Made by a program: the position numbers and the translations under genes. From Macrostomum lignano (lineage: Eukaryota), in assembly GCA_002269645.1 (NCBI GenBank), contig NIVC01002177.1, forward strand, positions 1 through 64,000: a DNA stretch of 64,000 nucleotides. The letters are read 5' to 3'. Every line of letters starts with the position of its first letter. The stretch's first letter is position 1. This document shows positions 10,001 to 20,707 of this stretch, one piece after another. Below the pieces are notes generated by a model. It did no database searches. It was given only the letters and a program-made list of their open reading frames with translations, and was not told the origin of the DNA.

Positions 10001-11585
10001 GTTCGGGCAGCTCCGCGTTCATGTTCCAACCGATGGGGTTCTCCTGGGCCGCCTCCTGGCGACCGTCCCCGTCTGTCATCGCGCCTTCGAACGTGCCGAC
10101 CGCCTTGTTGGCGTACAGCAGCACGGGCTCCTCTTCCAGGTTGCACATTTTCACCGGGATGCGGCAGTCGTCCGAGACCGCCAGCACGCGGGCCGGCAGG
10201 ACGGCAGTGGACTTCACGAAGTCCTCAGACGGCTCAAAGACTCCCTGCTCGCCGCTGGAATCCACCTTGAGCCACACCAGCTTCTCGCTGCGGGCGGGCA
10301 ACTCCGTAGTTGCCGCCACACGCGCCACCAGGACACTCGGCACCAGGCGACAGTCTGCTCGAGCCGGCTCGCTGCTGAAAGGCACGGCTGTGCTGTCGAA
10401 CCTGACGACGCCTTCTTTAATGTCAATGGTCATCGCCTGCGACACCTCGCCGATGAAGTCCATGCCGATGATCAGGTTGGGCTGGATGCCGTCCACGACT
10501 GTGAAGCGATGGCGCACGCGGATGGTCTGGCCGATCGAAACATCCGCTGCTGACAGGCCAAGGCAGCGCAGCCGGGATCCGTCGACGGCCGTCGGCAGCG
10601 CACCGATGTCGGTGGAGTCGATCTTGCACTGCAGTCTGTCGAACAGCGACTTGTCCATCAACGAAACTTGCGCGCCGGTGTCGAGCAGAGCAGGCGCTGA
10701 CACGCTGCCAAAGTGCACCTTCACGAAGACTGAAGGCGCTGATCTGAGGGCCCCTTTTGAGCGGGTCGGTGCTGGCCCAGGCTGCCGACCCTCAGAAGTT
10801 TCCCTGCGGCTGACCAGTTGGTGTCGGGCACACCGCGGCGGAGTGACCCTTGCCTGAGCACCGGCTGCAGCGGCTGCCGATCGCCTTTGGGCACCGCCTA
10901 GCAATGTGACCCGGCTCGCCGCAGCTGAAGCACTTAATGGTCCCTTCTGACGCCTGTCTCTTCCGAGTGGTCCCGTTCGCACGCTGGCTGTCAGCTGCTG
11001 CATCTGCTGCTCCAGCTGGCTCAGCCGTCTGTCTTCTACCGACACCGCGGCTGATGAGGCTGTAGTTGCGTGGCTCACCAGCTCAAGCTGCGCAGCTCTG
11101 TCGACGATAGCGGTCAGCGAACACGAGTCCGCGTCCTGGTCCTTCAACAGTGCATCTCTCACGGCAGATGGCAGGAGGCGCATCAGGCGAAACTTCACGT
11201 CCTTTTCCCGAGCCGCCACGGAGTCGTCCAGGCGGGCCCGAAGGTGGAGAAGCTTCAGGCTGTAGGCGAGCTCCCTCAGCGACTCGTTGGGCTGTCGCTT
11301 TCGCTCTACAAAATCCTCCATTGCTCTGTAGCAGCTCAGACTGTTGCCGAAGCACTCGATCAGCTTCTCCTTCAGCCTTTCATAGCTGGCTGACACGTCT
11401 GCCGGCTGCTCCCAAACGAAGATTTGCGCTTCTCCTGTCACCAGCAGTCTCAGCTTCTTTGCCTTCTTCTTGTCGTCCCATTCACAGTCGTCGGCGAAGT
11501 CTTCAAACGTGCTTAGCCACATTCTTACATTGGAGTCGCTGCTGAACTTTGGAGGCAATAAACTGGCTTGCTCTGATTTGGCCAT
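7089..11585 (-). CDS. Gag-Pol polyprotein (1498 aa from the first ATG after the LTR)
   Basis: Gag capsid (PPKFSSDSNVRMWLSTFE; RQPNESLRELAYSL), aspartic protease LLDTGA, RT LTYIDDII, RNase H CDSSQFAVGAVL / NYSATDRELLAL, integrase HHCC plus D-D-E (QIDIKGP, SDQGRQF, GIVERGN) and GPY motif (WKGPYRV). The track ORF starts 81 nt earlier, inside the LTR. Confidence 0.95.
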   Translation of the reverse strand: MAKSEQASLLPPKFSSDSNVRMWLSTFEDFADDCEWDDKKKAKKLRLLVTGEAQIFVWEQPADVSASYERLKEKLIECFGNSLSCYRAMEDFVERKRQPNESLRELAYSLKLLHLRARLDDSVAAREKDVKFRLMRLLPSAVRDALLKDQDADSCSLTAIVDRAAQLELVSHATTASSAAVSVEDRRLSQLEQQMQQLTASVRTGPLGRDRRQKGPLSASAAASRVTLLGGAQRRSAAAAAGAQARVTPPRCARHQLVSRRETSEGRQPGPAPTRSKGALRSAPSVFVKVHFGSVSAPALLDTGAQVSLMDKSLFDRLQCKIDSTDIGALPTAVDGSRLRCLGLSAADVSIGQTIRVRHRFTVVDGIQPNLIIGMDFIGEVSQAMTIDIKEGVVRFDSTAVPFSSEPARADCRLVPSVLVARVAATTELPARSEKLVWLKVDSSGEQGVFEPSEDFVKSTAVLPARVLAVSDDCRIPVKMCNLEEEPVLLYANKAVGTFEGAMTDGDGRQEAAQENPIGWNMNAELPEPDAARLRQLLESNEDLFARHEYDLGTTALLQHQIELEPGARPHRQVQRRLPLSVRDQVDKKIGQMLESGIIEPSTSPWASNLLVVRKKNGDIRLCTDWRQLNACTVKDAYPLPHLQQAMDALVGCSWFSTIDCRQGYHQVEVAEEDRYKTAFYSTRGLMQFCKMGFGMCNAPATFQRLMELVMSGLSWESVLTYIDDIIVFSRTFDEHLERLAEVFKRLRDAGLKLHKAKSAFGHRRVLYLGHLISEQGIAPDPGKVEAIRSMPSPTTTEEVKRFLGMLGFYRRFIPGFSQTARVLHDVSVKSRDFAWSSDCERAFHELKDRLTTAPVLRLPDFTKQFVLSCDSSQFAVGAVLSQLHGDAELPVAFASRTLNKAERNYSATDRELLALVWSLKHFRTYLLSVPSFRVYSDYRPLQGLLTTKDPEGRLARWLSTLQQFSFELLYRPGRDNVVPDALSRVAGTRLQPRWDDSRLHEEQLQDPLLSKVFQALTDGIDSLSDSWAAQVRELLDEASVSSAGVLLVGGRPVIPGHLRPHFLQQAHSCDQSGHLGVDRTGARLSERCWWPGLRRDVENWVASCAVCLAKKSPTKPQKAPLQSTCQPTAPWQLVQIDIKGPLPRTTDGKAYILSMCDAFSKWMETAALAAIDAVTVAEALLKSVVLRHGAPQVLHSDQGRQFESEVFGRLCEQLGVEKTRTSPFHPSGNGIVERGNRTLGDMLATTVAENQQDWDSKLPYVTWAYNTSVHSTTGLSPYQVLHGWPPRLALESWLISGDRPAADGGHHGFLRRTQENLQSAFDTVHGRLRSAQVERNRLANQDSRFVPFEEGQLVMLRNSVIKRGQTRCLSAKWKGPYRVLRRLGEVNYRIQDETGRRRRLVVHHDRLKRFVQRRASLELPAAADHQPPAADSDNDGTVAEPPGQAADPDGDAVTFWPELQADDAPEEQPAAPAEPVTVPRRSARERRPPDLYMAGFA
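10748..10804 (-). promoter_or_regulatory. -1 programmed ribosomal frameshift signal (G GGA AAC, 6-nt spacer, stem/pseudoknot)
   Basis: Element strand reads CAG GGA AAC TTC TGA GGGTCGG cagcct GGGCC agca CCGACCC gctcaaaagg GGCCC. Slippery heptamer 10804-10798, 7-bp stem 10791-10785 / 10769-10763, possible second stem 10778-10774 / 10752-10748. Confidence 0.7.
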
Positions 11586-11591
11586 ATTGAG

Positions 11592-11604
11592 ACCGCTGCC
11601 ACCA
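11592..11604 (-). promoter_or_regulatory. Primer-binding site, tRNA-Leu type (TGGTGGCAGCGGT)
   Basis: Starts 1 nt inside the 5' LTR boundary and is complementary to ...ACCGCTGCCACCA, the 3' end of eukaryotic tRNA-Leu as I recall it. Confidence 0.8.
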
Positions 11605-11605
11605 G

Positions 11606-11798
11606 TGTAAGACCGTGGGTTGAATTGCAGTGACGAACAAAACGTGAGAAGACTTCTCTGGCTCACGCCAATATATTTAATGCCAAAGTTGGGGTGGGTG
11701 TAACCACCCTAAGCACGCACACGCTGCAGCGCTAAACCCCAACCCCCAAAACCAGACGTGCACATCTAAGTGCACACGCACCAACAAGCCAGACTACA
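11606..11798 (-). repeat. 5' LTR
   Basis: See 3' LTR. Confidence 0.96.
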
Positions 11799-13387
11799 TA
11801 GTCATAATGCTTTAAAACTTGTTAAATTAGTAGCTAATCATATAGTTAAAACTTTTTTTGAGAATAAAAAACTATCTTTTTAAAAATGATATGTCAAAGG
11901 ACTTGGAAATTAATATTAGCCTATATTAGTTAGTCTATATAGGCCTATGCTATAGTTTAGAAGGTGACAATGCTAGGATTTCCCAGCATATAACAATGGT
12001 CTTACTATTTTTCAATGTATATCAAGATATATCCTGGCATACATAACAGAGTAGATACATTATGTCAAATTACATTTTTTTATATTGGTGCACAAACCCA
12101 ATATACAAATAAAGTCTCATTATTTTTTTAGCATTAAAGCTAGCGTACACTAGTATATAATCCAAACTATGGGGCCTATGGTATTGTTTGGCTAAAAATC
12201 TAAGTAGCTAAAATGGCTATAAAAAAGAAAAAGTCAAAAGAATCTTTCAAATAAGATAAAATATATTGCCAAAGCCCAACAAAGGGTTTGCCAAATAAAA
12301 GAGAATAAAGGAGATAATTAAAAAGGGTATAAGCCTAGGCACCTTGAATTTCAAAATTACAATAAAAATTATTTAATATAATTATTACCTATTTTGCCCT
12401 ATCTACTTTTATATCTATTATCTAGCTAGAATAGAAGTATATAACAAAATAATAAAAATTGCTAAATTGTAAATATAAAAAAGTAAAAATATAATATTAG
12501 TAGGCCTACTACTACTAGTACTAGTACTAGTAGTGTAAATTAAAATTCTAATATCTGCTTCAGTGTTTAATAGGCCTAGCCCATATCCATAAATTATTTA
12601 AAAAAATAATATGTAGGCCTTATTATGAGGACATTCATGATTCATTGGCCTAGCTAGATCTTAACCTAGGCCTAATTAAAACAAATATAGCTATTTAATC
12701 TTTTAAATTTACATTTAGAATAAAAAACAACATTTTCAACTATTTTATTTATATCTCAAGACAAAGAAAACAAATTTTATACAAAAAATAGACAAAATTT
12801 AGTTTTAATTTGACATAAAAAATATTTTGACTTAATTTGACATGAAAAAGAAAGTATCATAAAATATCCTCTTGAATTAGTTAGACCTTAGCAGTGTAGT
12901 GGTTGTTCACAAATAATGCATAATTGAACAGTTGAATGGTTAATTTAAAACTAGGCTAATGAATGCTTAAGCTTAACTGAGGTTAGACTTAGACAGTGTT
13001 AAAATAGCATTACAGCCTACGGGCTATGGCCTACTACACTAGCCCCCCAGGCAATAACAAGGCATGAAAAGCAAATATTTACAACCAGTCACAGCATTGC
13101 ATAAGCGCAATGCCAAACATTTTAAATTTGGATAGAGTTAAGCCAGGCTAAGGTTCCAGAGCCGAAAATTGTGTAAAGCTACCGCGAAAATGCATATGCT
13201 TCGTTTAAAACGACTCGGACTCAAACGAGCCTTTAATAAGACTTCTAGCGACTCTTTGTTCCTTACTTCTTACTAAAATTACGCTGACAAGTGATCTAGT
13301 GCCTTAGGGAATATTTTTTCAAGAAACTATTTTATTCAGGGACCAGACCCTGACCCTGTGCCATATGTTTAAGAAGCCGTAATTTTA

Positions 13388-13821
13388 GGTCACCGGTCAG
13401 ATCGTCATTCCATTTTCCATTTCGTCATATCGATGACGAAGTGACCAGAAGCAAAGTAGCTTGAAAAAATAATATGACGAAGTGACCAAATATTTAGCTA
13501 TGCTGGATACTTCGTCATTAATCAATCAATCTGTGTGGGACTTAAGTTAGTGTAAACTATTTTTTGTTTAATAACTATAAGCTGCGGCAAGCAGAACCGA
13601 TCGATCGACAGGTTTTATCGATCGAGATGACAAAATGACTAGGATTAGGATTCCAAGTAAATATGTTTGATAGCCACATTAATTCACTTGAAGTTGGAAC
13701 TAATATGATTCGTGGATGACGAAATGACTCTCTTCAGGTAGTGCATGCTAATTAAGATGACGAAGTGACCATCGTCGAGGTGAGCACCCCAGACACCCAG
13801 ATGACGAAATGACTAGGAACC
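13388..13821. mobile_element. MITE-like non-autonomous DNA transposon (GG...CC termini, 8-bp TSD; Merlin- or hAT-like)
   Basis: TAATTTTA flanks both ends (13380-13387 and 13822-13829). Imperfect 21-bp TIRs (15/21) and at least 6 internal GATGACGAA(A/G)TGAC motifs, plus inverted copies near the left end. Confidence 0.65.
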
Positions 13822-14549
13822 TAATTTTAAATGTGATTTTCTTAGAAACAAGACGAAGGACATGCATGCTATTACTATTCTTTTCCGTCATCAATCAATC
13901 TCGTGTATAATCCAGGAGGCAATTTCAAGTACTGATATTTTATGTATAGATTGCGTTGAAAAGGCCTGCTTTAAATTCGGTTAACGTTCCCAACAGTTTC
14001 TATTCACATTTCATTGCTGTTAGGGTCTTAATATTTAGTACTACTGTACTAGTCCTGAACCGAGTTTTGGCTGTTTGTGCTACTAGCAGCTACTATACCA
14101 GGCCTTAATAGATTAAGAACTGATAATTAGGCCCCCTAGTGACTAGTCGTTAAACTAGCCACTATTAAATATTAATAGTAGACCTACTACTACTTACAAG
14201 TTCCTTAAATACTAGTATTAGAATTATTTAAACTCTAATTTAATTTAATAAAACAAATAGGCCCTAGTAGGCTTAGTAGCCAATAGCCCAAGTTATAGAC
14301 TTACTACTTAGACTTACTACTGCTTTTTAGATTAGGGGGCCTAATTGCTTTGTTACTTTATTTACATTATTAATAATTATATATAAACTAGATATTCCTA
14401 AAATAGGATGTCATATTTTAAAGGTAAGTTTTTCACATTTCATTTTATATTATATATATTTTAAAACTAAGAAAAAGTATATATGCTACTTATATTACAT
14501 GTTTAGCTATGCTTGGACCTATCCTATCTAAGTCTATCATATATAGGAA

Positions 14550-16276
14550 CTAGTTAATTCGGCGACAGGTTGACTTGGTGACAACCAATTTGGCAATAGT
14601 CAGTTTGGCAACATATGAGGAGGCAGTTAAAACAGGGCAGTAATTTGTCATCCATTGCATTGAGTTTGTATATTTACTTAAATTCCAAAATAAAACAAAA
14701 TGGTACACTTTATATACCAACATATATAGCTTTTCCCAATATAAGTCACACTTGCTAATAGTAAAACAAAATGTAAGACACTAAGAACGATTGTTGAAGA
14801 GACTAAAAATTAAGAATCCTAGTTGAATTGTATTTTATACTCCATACTTGGATCATGTAGTATATGCCCAAAATTTGGTTGTGCATTGGTATTGCATGCC
14901 AAAATTAGGTGTTCACAGTTGGTGGGCATTACTCCTGAGAAAATAGTATGCGTGCACACCTGGGGTGCAATTTATAGAATCACATATAAAAGTTATTGTG
15001 AAGTAGAAAAAAGATGAAAAAAAGTTTATTTTTAAGCGCAAATTTCAAGCTTTCCAGTTTTTCAAGCTTGTAAAAGAGCATTTAAACAAATCTTTGTATG
15101 TATAAATTTTCTGCTATAAATAGTATCGCCAAAGAAGCGTAAAAAGCAACCAAATTATCTGGTAATAAGGGTATATTGCACAATTAAAAAAGGTCATTTG
15201 TTGTCACAATGTAAAAAAGGTCATTTATTTTCTCAACACCAGTGTATTTTTGAGAATGGGATGTGCACTATATTTTTTTGGCATGCATTTGTATTTATTC
15301 AAATTTTTGTTTAGGTATGCACTTAGCATGATCCGGACTATAGTTTATATTGAGTCTTTTACACTTTGCACTTTTTGCTGCAAAAGTATAGGATATGCTA
15401 TATACATTACATCATATGTACATGTATACATGCATAATGAACTGTGTTCCACTCAAAGGCTCATTCACAGTGCAGCTATCAAATAAAGCTATAAAGTCAT
15501 ATGACTGCTATACAAAGCATAATGAATAAGGGAATATAATGTTGAGTTAGCTTTATAAAATATACTGTAAATATACAAAGTGAATATAAAAATTAAAATT
15601 GTATAGTGATACATATTAGCTCAATGCACGCAGAATGGTAAAGTAGAAATTGAAGTTGCATTCAGTTAATTTTTCAATGCTCAATTTTAATTGTGACAAT
15701 TTAGACCACTGCATTGTGTGCAAGAAGAGTCACTAATGATGCGACACTGCCGCCATTTACTGTGATGTATGCCACAAGCAACATATAAAATGTAATTCCA
15801 GTAAGTATTTGTACATGTACCAATCAAATACCAAAGTTTGGTGCTAATAGAATTCATAAAATACAATTAACATATGGTATACATAATGTACAGTGATGTA
15901 AGTGTGTAAATTCAATTCTGTATGTAGGCATCTCCAAAAATGGTATACCCATCTTAAGTCTGTTGCTTCATTTCACTGGAAGTGCAAGCAGTGCAATCAA
16001 CAAATACAAGTAGCAAAGAGAAGTAGAAAAATGTACTTACTCTAAGTCCAAGACTCCAAGGGGGTGTACATGCACCTCTTTGAAAATGTGTTATTCGGAA
16101 TGATTAAAACAAAATTACCTTACCTGAATGGCAAGGACTATAATGGAAATATTTTAAATTTTAACAAGTGTCATATATAGCTTTCTTAACCTTTAGCATT
16201 TGCCAAATTAGCTGTTGCCAAACTGACTTGTCACTGAATTGGTTGTTGCCAAATTAGCTTGTTGCCAATAAACTAG
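14550..16276. mobile_element. About 1.7-kb non-coding element with degenerate 60-bp terminal inverted repeats
   Basis: CTAGTTAATTCGGCGACAGG...AGTCAGTTTGGCAAC (14550-14611) aligns to the reverse complement of about 16216-16276. The TIRs are built of TTGGCAAC-type subrepeats. No TSD resolved and no ORF inside. Confidence 0.55.
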
Positions 16277-17265
16277 AAGCCTCATATACTAGGCCTATAA
16301 AGTTATCTTAGGCTATAAAGCTCCTTTAAAGTTTCTCTACATCTAGATCTAGGCCTAAAGTGTTTCTATAGACTACTATTTTCCTATTCTTTTGCCCTAC
16401 TATACTACTATAGTAACTATAGCCTTAATAGGGGTCTATTTGAAGTATAACAATGGGCTAATTCTAATTGCAAAAAATATATTTTCCAATAGGGTTTTCT
16501 AAATCTCTTTGAAATCTAATTTCTTTTAAGAATTTTCTTTAATATTACAATAAGTCAAAAATCTTTATAATTCCCTAGGAAACTTTTTGCTACTATTCAA
16601 AACCATTTGTAGATTATTCCTTATAATTTTTTATTAAATGTATTTGGCATAGCAATAAGTATTTTATTTTATTCTAAAAGTGTATATATATATATATAAG
16701 CTAAATATTAAAAACTTTATATATGATATTGCAATTGTACTTGTATCTTAGCTTTAAGCCCTTTAAGTTATCCTTAATTATTCTTTTTCAATATTCTTCA
16801 TTTTCTTATAGTTTTGAAAGCTTACTTTTATTTGATTAGCTCAAAATATAAAAGCAACTTTGATTTTTTCTGCTTAAAAAAACTATAGTGGCCCTATTAT
16901 AAATAGTATAGAAAAGTTACCTGGTTTTAATATTTTAATTGAATTCTAAGCACTAAATATTCTAATTCTTTAATGTTATCAATGCTAAGAGGTAGAATCC
17001 TAATATAAATGTAACTTGTTTCTTGAAAGAATTTTGTATGAAATTGTATTGTATAGGCCTCTTAAGATATGTATAGTAGATCATACTAGATCATAAATTG
17101 TGTTAAAACTACTAGAAATAACCATATAAAATATTTATACTGATCCTACTTAATCCCAACAAAAACTCTTGCCTCTAAAAACCTACAAGGCAACTAACTT
17201 ATGATTATTGACTAAATACAATATTGACTTAATATTCTGATCCCTCTAACCCATCACTACTAGGC

Positions 17266-19636
17266 ATGTTCATCATGTCTGACGATGACTACAGCCAGAC
17301 CTACTGGCCCAAGCTGTCCCAGCTGATTGACCTGCTGTTCACCCAATCTGAGGATGCTGAGCGCAGCGCCATCAGCTACGAAGAGATGTACTCTTGCGTC
17401 TACAAATGCGTTTGCTCGGCGCGCGGACCCCAGCTAAAAGAGGACCTGATGTCCGCTGTGCAGGCTCACGTGTGCTCCATGGGCCAGCGAGCTCTGGAGA
17501 AGGTGAATCCCATGCGCTTTCGCACTACTGATATTTGAATGTTAATTAGTAGTATGCGATAGGATTTCTTCTGCCGAAAATATTAAGTATTTTCTACTTA
17601 ATCGATCCGTTTCCTGTCTGAAATATCTGCCTTAGGGTCGCCCCTTTGGGCCTTAATGCCTCATCTGTCTCAAAAAGTACAACATTGGTATTATTATTTG
17701 TGTTATAATTGCACATTGCAGCAACACTCGCCAAAGGACTACATTGAAGTCTGTCTGCGCGCGTTTCTCACATTCAATCAGGCTGCATCGACACTGTTCG
17801 CCGTATTCCAATACATGAATAGGGTTATGCTAGCTACTAGCGGAGAGGACTCTCTAATGGCCATGTTTAAATCTATCTTTGTTCATCAGTTTGTTTCGCC
17901 GCATTTGCATAAGCTAATTGGTGAGATTTCTGTTCGAGTAACTGCTTGAGGGTCTGGAGAAGGGGAAAGGGGATTCACTGAAACCATCTGTTTGGTGGAA
18001 TAAGTATCTGAAGACAGTTGTTTAACCGGGGCATCTGATGGTGATACGGATACGGTCGTAACAGGATCTGTAGGAGAGGCTATCAGTCCCACCTGAGGAT
18101 CTAGAAGAGATGGCTTCGGTTTAATCTTAGGATCTAGAAGGGATGATAGCAATCCCACCTGAGGATCCGGAAGGGATGATAGCAATCCCACCTGAGGATC
18201 CGGAAGGGATATTAGCAATCCCACCTGAGGATCCGGAAGGGATATTAGCAATCCCACCTGTGGATCCAGAAGTGATATTAGAAACCCTACCTGAGGATCC
18301 AGAAGGGATATTAGCAATCCCAACTGAGGATCCAGAAGGGATATTAGCAATCCCAACTGAGGACCCAGAAGGGATATTAGCAATCCCAACTGAGGATCCA
18401 GAAGGGATATTAGCAATCCCACCTGAGGATCCAGAAGGGATATTAGCAATCCCAACTGAGGATCCGGAAGGGATATTAGCAATCCCACCTGAGGATCCAG
18501 AAGTGATATTAGAAACCCTACCTGAGGATCCAGAAGTGATATTAGCAATCCCACCTGAGGACCCAGAAGGGATATTAACGGTCCCACACGTGAGGACCCA
18601 GAAGGGATATTAACGGTCCCACACCTGAGGACCCAGAAGGGATATTAACGGTCCCATACCTGAGGACCCAGAAGGGATATTAACGGTCCCACACCTGAGG
18701 ACCCAGAAGGGATATTAACGGTCCCACACCTGAGGACCCAGAAGGGATATTAACGGTCCCACACCTGAGGACCCAGTAGGGATATTAACGGTCCCACACC
18801 TGAGGACCCAGTAGGGATATTAACGGTCCCACACCTGAGGACCCAGTAGGGATATTAACGGTCCCACACCTGAGGACCCAGTAGGGATATTAACGGTCCC
18901 ACACCTGAGGACCCAGAAGGGATATTAACGGTCCCACACCTGAGGACCCAGAAGGGATATTAACGGTCCCACACCTGAGGACCCAGAAGGGATATTAACG
19001 GTCCCACACCTGAGGACCCAGAAGGGATATTAACGATCCCCCACCTGAGGACCTAGAAGGGATATTAACGGTCCCACACCTGAGGACCCAGAAGGAATAT
19101 TAACGGTCCCACACCTGAGGACCCAGAAGGAATATTAACGGTCCCACACCTGAGGACCCAGAAGGGATATTAACGGTCCCATCTGAGGATCTGGAGGAGA
19201 CCTTTACTGGCACCCTCATATCCCCACTCCAGGCCACCTAACAGAGGCTGTCCAGAAGCCGTTCCTGGTCCACCCCGACCGGCTTCGCGCCTGCGTCCAG
19301 CAGCTGCACTCTGCCTGTCCGGAATGCGCCTCGGCCAGTCCGCAGCTGTTTGCCAGATTCGTGCCCGGCGTACTGCCGCCAGCCGAGCTGGAGTCGCTGC
19401 CAGCCTACGCCGCCGAGGAGAGCCAGCTGCAGCGGGACCTGCGCCGGCACCCGGGGTTCATTGTCGGCGATCGGGGCAGGAAGCGGCAGGGCTCGCCTGG
19501 CGGCCTGGACAATGTCGGCAACACCGAGGACGACGACAGTATCGGCGGCCCGACGCCGCGTGTCCAACAGCGACTCGTGCAAGCCGTTGAAGATATCGAA
19601 GCCCTTGAGGACGGCTTCCAGCAGCCCATGGTTTGA
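17266..19636 (+). CDS. CACUL1: CDK2-associated and cullin domain-containing protein 1 homolog (about 279 aa)
   Basis: Exons 17266-17502, 17722-17920 and 19233-19636, all GT-AG and in frame. Motifs YSQTYWPKL, AISYEEMYSCVYKCVC, FQYMNR, KPFLVHP, LFARFVPGVLPP, AYAAEESQLQRDL, GDRGRKR match CACUL1/C10orf46 as I recall it. An AG at 17262-3 means an upstream exon is possible. Confidence 0.88.
18140..19193. repeat. Compound minisatellite, 33-bp then 35-bp units (CCTGAGGATCCAGAAGGGATATTA...), in CACUL1 intron 2
   Basis: Tandem periodicity; the unit length changes near 18570-18600. Confidence 0.93.
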
Positions 19637-20707
19637 TTTTGGGCTTTATGTGCTTTTATATATAGTCTAAGATTACACAGTCAGTATGATGTTTAGGCTC
19701 TCTTGTATTATAGAATATTTTGTTTCCTAAAAATATCCGATGCTGAGACTTTTTAATTTTTACTTCTTGAGCTTGCTTCACCCTGCACACCTGTTTCCTT
19801 TGGTTTAACGCCTGCTTAAGTAGCTCAATAGCTAGTCTTTTACAAAAAGGTCCTTGTCAAACTTTGAAATCTTACTCAAAATCTCCCTAATTCCAAATCT
19901 TCCCAATCCTTGAACTTCTCAGTCTCAGTCTTAGCCAAATATAATGTTAGAAAATATTCTATTTAGGCGTTACAATCCTACAATACAACCTCCCAATCCC
20001 ACTGTGAACTCTAACTTCACCGGCATAATCGAACGTTGATAGGAAACCTTTAACTTGGCTGGCTATTTTTTCCTGTAAATTCATATACATGTATATGTAG
20101 TGTTTAGGCTAATGGGAAATTTTCCGTTAAATTTCCAGGCAAAGCCTTTAATTAATTATCCACATTTATGCATGCAAATTGTACATAGCTATCTCAGCCA
20201 AACCAGCTAGAGCCCGCTTGAGAAATTTAGTTCAGAAATTATTTGCTTTTTTTGTAAAAAATTGTTTGCTACAACTTACAATAAGTTGTTCTTTCTCTCA
20301 ATGTGCTCATTCTGAAAACATTTTCTCTGCTGTGCTACTTAAAGTAGCCGCATTCGGTCTTGTCCATGTCGATCCATTATTTATTATTATAAGAACACAC
20401 TTGCAGTTCTTGGCACGATTGGGCGCAACAAGTATCAGTGGAATGTCTTCATTTTTGCGCCCGATTGTCTTGGAAACCGAACGTGTTATTTTTTCTAAAT
20501 TTGTGTTTTGCCTTTTCTTTTCTCCTGCTGCTGTTGTGCTGTATCGATAAGCTGATAATATAATATTTATTTTGTTGGTACTTACTGGCCAACAGTTCAA
20601 CAAACTGACGAAAATCATTTAGTTAAATAGTGAGCTTTTTTTACCTTTGCACGAGAGTGCGAGACTAATAATTCTAGAGGCAGGCAAAAATTGGGGGAGC
20701 GAAGGAG

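Larger units (their letters stand above)
6860..11798 (-). mobile_element. Full-length Ty3/gypsy LTR retrotransposon (4939 bp)
   Basis: Two 193-bp LTRs (TG...CA) at 6860-7052 and 11606-11798 differ at 4 positions. 4-bp TSD TAGT (6856-6859 and 11799-11802), PBS and PPT present, domain order PR-RT-RH-IN. Confidence 0.97.

Noticed and set aside
7024-11545. Numerous plus-strand and alternate-frame ORFs of up to 415 aa over the gypsy element
   Set aside because: Shadow ORFs of GC-rich, codon-biased pol with no recognisable domains. The knuckle frame at 10792-10932 is the one exception and is reported as a finding.
11800-17260. Coding potential in the long AT-rich stretch
   Set aside because: Only short ORFs without composition or motif support; the region is explained as intergenic DNA plus two non-autonomous elements.
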